From: the human T2T-CHM13v2.0 reference genome, Homo sapiens
Reading direction: 5' to 3' (one strand)
Length of the DNA stretch: 64,000 bases
NCBI RefSeq assembly: GCF_009914755.1
Contig: NC_060931.1
The position numbers and the translations under genes are program-made. Positions 42,907 through 56,398 of the stretch are shown here, piece by piece; positions within the stretch are counted from its first letter, which is position 1, and each line of letters starts with the position of its first letter. Below the pieces are notes generated by a model. It was not told where the DNA came from. It did not search any database and worked only from the letters and a program-made list of their open reading frames with translations.

Positions 42907-43228
42907 CAGGGCTGCACAAAAGAAGTAAAATGCCAACCACAGGGCCAAGCCACGTATGTAATTTTAAATTTCCTAGCAGCCACATTTAAGGTAAGAAAAG
43001 ACAAGTGAAATTAATTTAATAATATGGTTTAACCCCTCAAACACAAACTACTATCTTTCACCATGTAATCAAGAGTTTTAAAATTATAAATGAGATAGCT
43101 TACATTCTTTTTTTCATACTAAGTCTTCTAAATCAGGCACAGTGCAGCACATCTCAATTTAGACTAGCCACATTTCAAGTGCTCAAAAGCCAGATGTGGC
43201 CAGTGACTACCATAACGGACAGCACAAC
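42907..43228. mobile_element. MER33-like hAT-Charlie DNA transposon
   Basis: gtaattttaaatttcctagcagccacattt...tagccacatttcaagtgctcaaaagccagatgtggccagtgactacc. Confidence 0.85.
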
Positions 43229-44178
43229 TGTAGATAAACCACTACAGCTAATACAAGACCCACTTAGGAGGCTGTAGTCAACAGTACCAACAAGAAATGA
43301 TAAAAGCTCTAGGAAGGTTATTTCTGGCCCTTGGACATATGTTGAATTGGCACTGAAATACAACTGTAAAGACATGTAACTTATTTTTTGTTTTGAATAG
43401 GTAATACTTTACAGGCTTCAAATATAAAAATAATACAACAGAGTACACAATGAAGAGTATTGCCCCCTGCCTCTTCCTGCTCACCACATCCTTATCCATG
43501 CTATCCCCCACCTACCCACTAAAAGTAACCACTTTTATTGAACTCCTTTCATTTATCCTTTCAATGTTTCTTCATGTGGATTCAAGCAGATATGACTACA
43601 GACTCATATTTTGTCTCCTTTCTACATCAAAGGGAGCATACTATATATGGTTCTATACTTTGGTGGGGTTTTTTTTCCATTTAATAACATATCTTGGAGG
43701 TCTTTCCATATCAACGTATGAAGAGTTTCCATGCTCTCTTTAAAATGCTGCACAATATTCCATTGTAAAAGTGGATCATAGTTTATTTAACCAGTCTTTC
43801 ACCAGTGGATACTTGAATTGCTTCCAGTCTTTTCTATTATAAACAATGGTCTAATGAGACACCTACTCTATAGGTCACTGCATATGTATTCAGATGTATC
43901 TGCAGGAGTAATTGCCAAAGCCAGACTGCTGGGTCAAAGGGTAATTGTATTTGTAATCTCGATAGATGAAAACTGGCCGAACTGGCCTTCATGAGGGTTA
44001 TGCCATTCTGTACTCTCAGAAGTACACTGCTGATGTTTCCACAACTGGTCAACAATTTCTAAGTGTCACACTGTAGAATTTTTGCCAATCTGATAAAGTT
44101 AAAAGTGCTACTTCAGTACAGTTTAAGTTTGTGATTCTCTTATTATGTGTAAGGCTGAAGATCTTTTGGTAGGTTTGA

Positions 44179-44839
<661 letters not shown>

Positions 44840-45863
44840 TAAGAAAGTCATTTTCTTATTCATTTGTAGAAACTCTTTATATGGAGGTTAACTGTCCACT
44901 GCAAATAGTTTCTTCTCTGATTGTCATTTGAATTTGCTTATGGCATTTTTTTAATCAGGTAAAAATACTTTATTTGAATTTAGTCAAATTTATCATTTTT
45001 TTTAATGGCTGCTGGATTCTGATTCACGGTTAAAAAGTCCTTCTTACTTCAAGGTTATAAAGGAATGTCTTCCAGTTTCTCAGCATTTTATGCAGATACA
45101 AATATATTTGTATATTGAAATCCTTCTTAAAAATATCATTTTTCACTTTTTTCCAACTGAGGTAGACTAGACATTTGCTGAATTGCCTTTCTGATTTCTC
45201 CTTCCTTTCTTTCTTTGTCATAACTCTGTTGAATATGACACTGGTCATCATATAAAATTAATTGATCAGGTTGGAGTTTATCTGAATGGTATGAGATATG
45301 AAACCAACCTCACCTTTCTCCAGATAGCTACCCACTTGGCCCAATAAAAATTTCATCATTATCCCATGGAAAACACAATTTTAAATACTATTCTATTTGT
45401 GTGTAGACAGCAACCTAGATTTTTATAAACTCATGGTTCTAATCCTCTAGTCTAGACACTACAGAGGTAAATACAACCTATGTTATTCAATTATTTATGG
45501 GAACTGCCAAGTTTCATGAAACTGCATTTATCACATCATCAACAATATCTTTTGAGCAGATGCTTGACTTGAAGAGATATACAGACACAAACTGCCATTT
45601 AGAAGTTTACAACTGGGAGGTCGCTAAATTATTTTTCACTATTAATTTGTTTAAAAAGCAAGCAATACAACACAATTAAAGTCTGGCAAAACTCACAGAA
45701 TTCTGGTTTACTCAAGTTTATTTTATATGAACACCAGTACGTGCGGTATTAAAAAAAAATTACAACAAAAATAGGACAGGGAAAACAGGCAAATCTGAAA
45801 ATGTCTGGTCCACCGCAGCTGGAAAAGTGGTAAATGACGTTTCTTTGAGTGTTTCATAAGGAT

Positions 45864-45970
45864 AAAAATATAAAATGCTTCATAAATGTGTGTGTCATCC
45901 TTGCATAAGGGCCATGCTAATCTTCTCTGTATCTTTCCTATTTTTGCATATGTGCTGCCAAGAGGAGCAC
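45864..45970 (-). pseudogene. Full-length U6 snRNA pseudogene (RNU6-family)
   Basis: Minus strand GTGCTCCTCTTGGCAGCACATATGCAAAAATAGGAAAGATACAGAGAAGATTAGCATGGCCCTTATGCAAGGATGACACAC...GAAGCATTTTATATTTTT; ACAGAGA box intact, multiple substitutions, an Alu sits where the PSE/TATA promoter would be. Confidence 0.95.
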
Positions 45971-45985
45971 AAAAAGAATGTTTCT

Positions 45986-46264
45986 GGCCAGGCGTGGTGG
46001 CTCACACCTGTAATGCCAGCACTTTGGGAGGCCGAGGCGGGTGGATCACAAGGTCAGGAGTTCAAGACCAGCCTGGCCAATATGGTGAAGCCCTGCCTCT
46101 ACTAAAAATACAAAAATTAGCCGGGCGTGGTGGTGGGCGCCTGTAGTCCCAGCTACTCAGGAGGCTGAGGCAGGAGAATCACTTGAACCCGAGAGGCAGA
46201 GGTTGCAGTGGGCCAAGATTGCACCAGGGCGACAAAGTGAGACTCTGTCTCAAAAGAAAAAAAA
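45986..46264 (+). mobile_element. AluS (Sg/Sx-like) with a short right-arm deletion
   Basis: Dimeric Alu; gcacca/gggcgac junction lacks ctgcactccagcct. Confidence 0.93.
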
Positions 46265-46508
46265 GAGTATTTTTTAACAAGGATCTAACGTTCCCAATTA
46301 TTTCTATTTGAAAATTTCTCGTAAACTGGAATTTTTAAAGTAAAAATGTGAAAGCTACAGTATTCTATGGCAAATGACTTTGTATTTCATTACTAATTCT
46401 AATTTTCCATATTAACATTCTTCAAGTTTGTATTCAATCCATAATGTACACATTACTCTGTCATTTGAGGTTGTAAGATTAGTTGTTGGAGATCTATTTC
46501 TAAGAGAG

Positions 46509-46512
<4 letters not shown>

Positions 46513-46539
<27 letters not shown>

Positions 46540-46553
46540 ACACACACACACAC
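46513..46553. repeat. (CA)n microsatellite
   Basis: Interrupted CA run. Confidence 0.9.
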
Positions 46554-48158
46554 AGAGTCATGAGCAGCATATCCTCCAAAAACAGCAGAGGGATCTGTTC
46601 CTGCAGAGGATGCTCATTCATTAGACACAAATTATAAAACTTTCACACAGCAGATATCTTACCAGATAAATAGCTATGACAACAAAATACCCCTACATAA
46701 TAAATAAAGGCAATGCTGGGGAAGAGAGCAGGGAGAATCCCTTGGAATGAAAGCTCCCTAGACATGAACAAAGTATGGCTCCTAAGACCTCTGTGCTGTT
46801 AAAAGAAACAGTTGAACTGGAAGCCAACAGCTCTGTGAACCAAGAGGCAGTGGCCATGCTGCTCCCCAGGCAGCCCCCGGTCTCCCTACCCACTCCCACC
46901 CTCAAGAAGCTCCTGCTTCCCATGGCAACCTGCAGACCATCACTCACAAACCTGATCTCCAGCCCTGAGAGGACGCTCCTGAATTTCAACCTTTTTTCGG
47001 CTTGCAAGTAAGTGCCTAATGGAGATGATTTGCCCTTATATCATATCTAAGTATCTAAAACTAACCATTAATACCCGCTGCCCCTCCCCTCCAACAAAAC
47101 CCTACTTTGTTTCCTCTATGCCAATCATATGATCATTTTCCAACTTATCTGGACTCCTTAGCACCTCAGACTGCAGGCATCTTCTGACTCAACCTTCCCT
47201 TGACACCTACTATAACCATTCAGGAAGTCTATTCTTGTGATGTCTCCATCCTGCCCGTCCTTTTTGTTTCCAATGCCACTCATCTATTTCAGACCCTCCC
47301 CATGACCCTGTGCCCACTTTATGACATAATCTCTTAATTTGCTTCTTTATTCCTCTATTTACAATCGGCTGTCCACATGGCTGCCATGGACCTTTCCTAA
47401 ATGGTACTTTCTCAAAAACCTTCCATGCTTCCCCCTACTATTTACATGACAGCCCCAAATTATGCCATTAATCATTTCATTAACTCAACAGATATTTACT
47501 GAATACCCACTACGTGCCAGATGCTATTCTGGGCATTTGGGACATATCAATTAACTGATAAAAACTCTTGCTTAATCTTGTCTTAACCTGTTTTCTCCTG
47601 CACCTTACCCCACTAGTCCCCTACATAACTGTAAACATTACCTATACATATATCTGTATCAACAGTTATATTCTACTGTATTGATACATTCAATGATGCC
47701 TAACAAGCCCCTACCATGTGTTAGATCCAGCAGTCAGCAAGACAGATGTAGTCTTTTCTGTTCCCTCTAACCCTGCCATCCTAAAATATGCAATCCAACC
47801 CCTCCAACCTCCACAAAGACTCTTGTAGGTACCCAAGCCCACATCAGGGGCCATTAATTCCTGTCTTGCAACAGCACTTATCTTATCTTGTAAAAGTACT
47901 TATGGTTTTCATTTGTTTGGTGGTTTTTTTTTTTATTAAGCTTTTCAGGGGTTTAATGAAACTCCCTAATTAGAGTAAAGGTCTTAGAGGATTGGCTGCT
48001 TATTTTCTTCTTTGCACTCCCTAGAACGCCATGATCACTGAACACTACAGCCAAAGGAAACTTCTGACCCTTGTTCATCAAACCCATATCATTGCTTGAG
48101 GAATCTGAGACACAGAGAAGCTAAATTGTAATATCAAATGCTAAAAAGAAGTGAATAG

Positions 48159-48403
<245 letters not shown>

Positions 48404-48628
48404 TAACTCTGGAATTCATGCAGGGACTCTCAAGCTGTCTGATGAATTATTTGGAGCTTCTCCCCAGATGAGGCCTAACTAAGCTGGGAAGCCACCCCAA
48501 GTGGGAGATTTGCTCAGCTCTGCCCTGCTATTCTCTTTTCAATCCTCCACTCCGTGCACTTGCTTGGGACCTAGACAATGCTAATAAACTAAACCCTAAG
48601 CCCAGATACTTACCAGAACTAAACCCTA

Positions 48629-48975
<347 letters not shown>

Positions 48976-50649
48976 TCCGGAGGTTCCCTTATTGTGCCAT
49001 ATCAATGCTTTACCCTCCCCTCTGGCCAGTGAGCTGCCCCTGCTGGAAGCTAGAGAGCTCTCTAAGGGAGATAGCTGTTACCCTCAGCTAGAGGTAGAAT
49101 GGGACTACAATTAAAAGGATCTACAAGCGCAAAGTAAGAATAATCATATGAGACGTTCAATTTGAAACAGGCTGGTAGAGTCCAGGAATCATCTATAAAG
49201 CTGTGAGATGTAGCATGGTATATCCTGCTATAAGATTTTTAACATGAGCTCCATTTCTGTATCCATGTGATTTCCTCTCCACTATTCGTATGACACTCAA
49301 GGGGGAAATGTGTGATCCTATTTTCATCCCACCCCTGTGCTCACTGAAATGACAACTGGTGCTCAATACTGTTTCCTGGATCCCCTAATAATGAAAGTCA
49401 AATTTAACAGAGGCGTAGTTGCATACACGTGACCAATGTAGATAAGAATGTCTCATATGTTTGTACATTTCTCTGTGGGGCCTAGAAAAAGTGATAGCAC
49501 TTAATTGGGCATAGATTATGAAGTCCATGTTGACCAAGTTAGACACCCTTCAGGTGTTGTTTTACACAGCTTTCCCATTATTCACAATAAATCTGCACCC
49601 GCAGTTTATAATCATCCTTCAATGTCCCAGTCTTTTGGTTTAGCCGAATCCCATAATCTTGGAAGCTGACAAAAGTTCTCTCCCAAGCTGCCATCACACC
49701 TAGAGGATAGTTTGGTGCCAATGTTCACATAAAAAGAAAAGTTTTCAAGATCAAAGAATATTCCTTGCATTTATGAAAATCTTTGAAGTATAGAGACTTT
49801 CTACCTAGCAGCAGCCAGCAAGAGGCCTTGTTTATTTCTGTTTAAATGAATTGTTAAAAGCAGGAGAAACATACCATTCTAAGCTCCAATTTTAAATCTT
49901 CTATCTGATTTTAGTTTCTTGGGGGAAAGAAGTAAGAATTCATGTCTGAGCCAAAACCAAATACATACAAGTCCTGCCATCAGTGATACAGCTGCCAGGG
50001 AGTCTTCTCTAATGCGCTCCCAAACTCATGTTTCAGTTTTTCCTCCCCTTCCTCCCCTGCAAATAGGACGGGCAACTTCCACCCAATCCAGGCTCCTACC
50101 ATGTCTGGAACATGCTCTGTAGCTCAGCTTATGTGAACATCTGAACCTTGTTTTCCAGAACCCAGCCACCATGACCCAGGTCAGCCTAACAGTAACTGCT
50201 GACCCAGACCACAGGGCTGGAGCTCTTTTGGGTGCCTCCTGGCTTGAGCTGAAATTGGTTCAAGCAACTAGGGTGAGGCTGGGGCACCAAGCAGGATTTA
50301 AGGGGTTCTCCAGGCCCAGATCTGTGAAGGAGAAGAAAACAGTGGCTGAGGAACCAGCTGGGCCTGAGATGTCAATGCGGCCTGCCTTCCATCAATCCAC
50401 CAGACCTGAACAGATGAAATATTAACGTATCATTGCTTGTAAGGTTAGGGCAATCCCGGAACACCAACCAACACCACTCAAGCAGGGACGCAGCACTCAT
50501 GTGTTCATTCATTCATTCTCTATGTAATGAGCCCCTCCATAGTTATAGGGAGATACATCCCAATTTGGAAAATCTAGTGAGCCTCTAGTTAGCTAGAACG
50601 CAGAGAAGTATAAAATTCCATTAACTGGAATGATGGTTCCTTCACATAA

Positions 50650-51315
50650 GTGACATTTCAGCCTCGATGAAATTCTCATTATTTCCTGAACACACCAAGA
50701 TGCTGATATCCTATCTAAAGATGCCTCTCCCTCTTCTCTACCAGCAGCAATCAGTTCTATTTATCCTTAAAGACAAAGATGTCACCTCCCTGGGAAGTTT
50801 TTTCCAACTCCCTCAGCCTTCCCAGGAGACTTTCCAGCTACGTCACCCTGCATGCCCCACCCTCCCTCTCTCCTCTAGCCACACTGCCCTTTTCTTCATT
50901 GCTTCCATGTTAAGTTGCTTTCTGTCTCAGGGCCTGTGCACATGCAGTTTGCTCTTGAGAAATGTTCCTCCCTGTACTCCGAATCATGACCACCCCCAGC
51001 ACCTCAATCCCTACCACTCACCCCTTCATCGAAGTAAGTCTCATCTTCTTCAGATCTCAGTTCAACCAGCAAAGCCCTCCTTAACCCCTCAACATTATTC
51101 ACCCTCACAGCAGGCCATGCCTTTCCTTTCCTGCACTTATCAGAGCTGTACTGGTAGAACTGTGATATGACCTGATTAAAGTCTATTTCCCCACTAGACT
51201 GTAAGCTCCATAAGAGTAGGGACCATGACTATTTTAGTCTATCATTGCAACCCCAGTGACCAGCACAGTAGCACATAGTAGGCACTCGGGAAAGATTAGC
51301 TGAATGAACGAATGA
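50650..51315 (+). mobile_element. L2 fragment(s)
   Basis: ccccactagactgtaagctccataagagtagggacc...cacatagtaggcactc...tgaatgaacgaatga. Confidence 0.8.
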
Positions 51316-51779
51316 CCTTCTCTATAGTGTCTGTGTCATTATATTCTAAATGCCCATTGTGTGCTGGCCACAAAGCCTGGCCCCTGCCAGCCACGTCAAG
51401 AGGCAAACACTTTCCCAGAATTCATTTAAAAATGGAAATGGACATGTATCCCTATCACCTGTACCTTGTACATACACATCTATAGCAATGATGGAAGATG
51501 GAAATAAGGGTCTTAAAATCCTGGGATTGATGACTCTTACTAAGGTCAGGAAAAAGTGGCCATAGAACAGATCCAAAAAGGTAGAAATACTAACCAAAAA
51601 TCAAGGGGGCAGGTAATATTACTGTTTCTGATCAATTCTAACCTAACCAGAAGTCACAACCAAGAAACCCCATTTCCTGGCTCTTCTGTTGATGTTTCAG
51701 CTGTTTTGACTGCTGAGAAAGAACAAAACTGAGTGAACAGGAGACGCAACGTGCCACGTGCAGCATCTCGGTCAGTCCC

Positions 51780-52170
51780 TGTTTGGGGCTGACTTGTGTC
51801 CTTCCAAAATTCAAATATTAAAGTCTTAACCCCCAGTGCCTCGGAAAGTAACTATTTGGAGATAGGGCCTTTAAAAAGGAAATTAAGTTAAAATGAGGCC
51901 ATTAAGGTGGGCCCTAATCCAATCTGATTAATAAGAGGAGAGCAGGACACACAGAGAGACCCCAGGAGTGTGCATGCACAGAGGAAAGACCCCGTGAGGA
52001 CACAGCGAGGGGGCGGCCATCTGCAAGCCACACAAAGAGGCCTCAGAGGAGACCAACCCTGTCAGCACCTTGCTCCTGGACTTATAGTGTCCAAAGCTGT
52101 GAAAAAAATACATTTCTACACTTAACGCCAACTGGCCTGTGATACTGTGTGCTGTGGCAGCCCAAGCGGT
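51780..52170 (+). mobile_element. MLT1B/C-like MaLR LTR
   Basis: tatttggagatagggcctttaaa...taagttaaaatgaggccattaaggtgggccctaatccaat...gtggcagccc. Confidence 0.88.
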
Positions 52171-52739
52171 TCTCGAGAGAAAGGGAAGGAAGAGGTTCCA
52201 AGTATCTGCTGCCCAACCCACTCTTCACCATCCTGGGTGTCATCTTCTCCCCAGTGCCGTCCTTTCATCTTCATTTGACCAATAAGGACACTGAGGCTCA
52301 AAGCCACAGAGGGGGCTGAGCCAGAACTTGACTGCAGGGCCATGTGCTTCCAAAGTCCATGTCCTTTGCACTTTACCTTCAGTTCAAAAGACCAAAGTGG
52401 AGTATAAAATATGAAAGCAGATTCCATTTTGCTTTTCTTAGCCCTTAGAAAAGGGGGGAGATCACCATTCTAACTAAGTTAAAGAACCAGACACATTTAA
52501 ATAAAGTGACTGAAATGCTGTGGAACAGATGTGAATAGGAACTAATTTTGCTTTTTAATGAGCATTTTGATCAGATCAATACTACAAAATGCTAAACTGT
52601 ACAATGCCATTACTGTTTAAATGCAACTACCCAGTTGACTGGCTCAAAGGGGCATTACAGTAGCTAAAAAATATACTTTCTCTTTATAAAAGCAGGGTCT
52701 ATTATGTAAAATAAAGTCATAAAAATTTTAATTGCACTG

Positions 52740-53400
52740 CATAAAGGACAGAACCTGATCTAGCCTACAAACCATGGAAAGCAGAGAAAAATAAAATGCA
52801 GCTGAATGCTTAATCAGCTGTCTGTCACTTTCTGAATAGTGCCTAATATTCTAATTATTAGTCACCACACTGAGAAGGTGCAATTATGGAACAGGGAAGA
52901 TTGCTTTTTTTTTTTTTTTTTTGTTAACCCACAATTTGGAAGGCCTTCACAAAAATATTATTTAAGACCCAATAAGCTATAAAGGGAAAAAAATGATTAA
53001 CAGTTAAAATTCAGTTTTCCCCCCTAAAGCATTTTTTAAAAGCTTTGAAATTGTATTGACAGATATGACTAACAATTGTAATCACAGAAATAAATGTAGT
53101 AAAACGATAATTTATCTGTCACAATTTACCGAGGGGGAAAAAGTGCAGCACAAGCAGCTGAATTGTGAAGTTAAATGAAAGCAAAGATAGAAACCGGTTT
53201 TTAATGAAATGTGGAGCATTATTAATTGGTTTCCTAGCAACAGCGGGGCTAAAATTACTTAACATGTCTGTTCAATCAGATGCAAATTTGAGTGTTATCC
53301 CTTAAATGTTGATTATAGCTGGTCTTTTCAGATGCAAATCCAATGTGTAAAGTGAATGTAAATGTTGACAATGCTGATACAAAAAATCCCCTGATTAACA
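52740..53400. promoter_or_regulatory. Candidate conserved developmental enhancer
   Basis: Repeat-free; two ATGCAAAT octamers, RFX-like GTTTCCTAGCAAC, SOX AACAAT, TGACAG/CTGTCA, several TAAT and CAGCTG words. Confidence 0.5.
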
Positions 53401-53974
53401 TCATTCTGGTGTTCAAAGCACTAGAGTTGAGGATATTCCCTTGGAAGGACTGCAAGCTGCCAGGGTTGCCCATCTTGTCTGGCATTTTCCTGTACCTGTC
53501 CTCCCTGTCCCACCTCACCACCACCCTCACTCAGTGCAAGCATGACAGATGACTAAAAAATGAGATTGCTGGGCCTTGTGATTTCTCAAACACTGGTTTC
53601 TCATCAGTGCTAAATGATAGAGACAGATGATGTTTTCAGCTTAGAATTCCATCAGCTGATGCAAGGGCCTTGCCAACCCAAGACCAAGGTTGGTCTCAAG
53701 TGTAGTTTTTCAGATGGAACAAGACCTTTGGGTGACTCCACCGGAATGGGATCCAAGCAAACAAATTCCCTACAAGACTGCCAAATAAGGCAGCCTTCCT
53801 CAGCTATACCCTGGCCTTATCCTATGGTTCAAGTGTAGCATATTCCAGTAAATGGAGGCACCAGGAAGGGGTTAGGGGTGGGAAGGATGTAGCCCCTTCA
53901 TAATCTCCATCATCCCCCAAAGCTACCCTAGTAACACACTACTCCAGACAAAAGCAATGTGCTTGCCTCACTTT

Positions 53975-54420
53975 CACTCTCATGCAACAAATATTTATTG
54001 CACAGTTACTATTTGCCAGGCAATGATCTTAGGGAGCTGGAGACACAGAAGTGAATTAGAAAAAGTTCCTACTCTCACCCTAGTAGTTCAGGGGAGAGAT
54101 AAATACATAAATAAACTTAGAAACAATAATTTCGGGTAGTGATAAGAGCTAGGAAGAAAAAAGTAGCTTAATGAGGAGAGGGGGATGGGCATGGCTGGGG
54201 GACCACTTTGGATAAGGTCTTTTGGAGGGAGGATACCTTCTGCACAGACCTAAAGGAAAAGGAGCAAGCCAGGCAAGGTGGGGGGAAGCGAGTCTCACTC
54301 AGAGGCAGGAATGACCTTGGAACAGCACAGAGACCAGAGGCTCTGAGTGTGACGCAGAACAGGAAGGGGAGCGGTGATGATGCAAGAGGAGCAACTTTGA
54401 GATAAGCTCCTAAACCATCT
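53975..54420 (-). mobile_element. L2 fragment
   Basis: catgcaacaaatatttattgcacagttactatttgccaggc... Confidence 0.75.
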
Positions 54421-55383
54421 TCCAACAAGACTGTACTCCCCATTCCCCACCTTACGGTGTTTCAGGGACACAAGTGTCTCTAGAGCCACCTCAGGGTACA
54501 GTGCAGGAGCAAAAGTCTGCCATGTGAGGAAGAGGAGAGGGAAAGGAAGGGGAGGGGAGGAGTGAAAACAAGAAGGGAGGAGAGAGGAAGAGAACAGTGA
54601 GTCCACGGAACCCTAAAGGTCATCTCCTTTCCAGGTCAAGGCCCAGTCCCTTTCCAACCCTACCCCACCCCCAAAAAAGCTTCCATGCCAGTGGAAAGTA
54701 CATTCTTAAACTGATCTCCCCTAGAAAACAGTGAATGGCTTTTCTGGCCAAAGCCCCCTGTCTCTCAATGAACAGTTTGTTCCAGACACTCAATCAAGGC
54801 TCTGGGATATCCCAGGCAGTGGTCAACAGGACATATATTCCAGAAAGTTCTGAAGCTTGCTTTTCATTAGAATTGACAGTCTCCTGACAGCTGCATACTA
54901 GGCGAAGGATCCTAAGGCTAACCTTAAGAGTACTGGGGCAAGGGAAAATGGACAGACCCTTCCTGCAGAGCATCTCACTCTAGCCTTAGAAGTCATGCCT
55001 TCAGTCTTTGAAGTATTTAAGGATTACTATTAAATGCGAATGCCCTTTAGAGAAACATGTGTAACCTTAGGTATAACCCATGTCAGGGTGGGGATACAGA
55101 TGCCAGAGGAAGCTGTGGAAGTGGGATGGAACCTCGTCTATCAAGTGGCCTAGCATGGACCTGCATTGGGAATGGTGACAATGTCAAGGTATGCAAGGGG
55201 AGTTGTGATGCCTGACTGGAAAACACAAACCTTCACCAGGCTTGCCTTAATTCATGTTAACCCTTAGAGAGAAACACCACTGGCACCTCATTTCACCAGG
55301 GAGGTCTAAAAGAAAAAAAAAGTGCCAAAAAGTTTTATTTCATGAAAAGCAGAGATAAATGTCAAAAAAAGGGAAAATGTGGC

Positions 55384-55781
55384 TGTATTAGTCCATTCTC
55401 ACACTGCTAATAAAGACATCCCCAAGACTGGGTAATTTGTAAAGGAAAGAGGTTTAATTGATTCACAGTTCAGCATGGCTGGGGAGGCCTCAGGAAACTT
55501 ACAATCATGGCAGAAGGGAAAGCAAATGCATCCTTCTTCACACGGCAATAGCAAGGAGAAGTGCCGAGCAAAAGGGGGAAAAGCCTCTTATAAAACCATC
55601 AGATTTCATGAGAACTTGCTCACTATCATGAGAACAGCAGTATGGCGGGTGTTCTCATGATTCATGAGAAGTGCCCTCATGATTCAATCATCTCCCACTG
55701 GGCCCTTCCCACAACACATGGGGATTATGGGAACTACAATTCAAGATGAGATTTGGGTGGGGACGCAGCCAAACCATTTCG
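55384..55781 (-). mobile_element. THE1 solo LTR (THE1C/D-like)
   Basis: tgtattagtccattctcac...cagccaaaccatttcg; perfect TSD gtggc at 55379-55383 and 55782-55786. Confidence 0.93.
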
Positions 55782-55926
55782 GTGGCCTACCACTCAATTA
55801 CAAAAAAGAGATATCCTCTCTTAGTAGCATCTACTCAGAGTTCCAGGAGGCCATATTAAATTGTGAGTTAAGAATCAGGTTGTAGATGTGATCATAGTCC
55901 TGGTTACTGAGACGTATCTTCTAGGT

Positions 55927-56398
<472 letters not shown>

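Noticed and set aside
50667-51170. Longest ORF (167 aa), and the similar 158-aa ORF at 10144-10620
   Set aside because: Stop-poor C/T-rich degenerate L2 sequence; no domain or splice context
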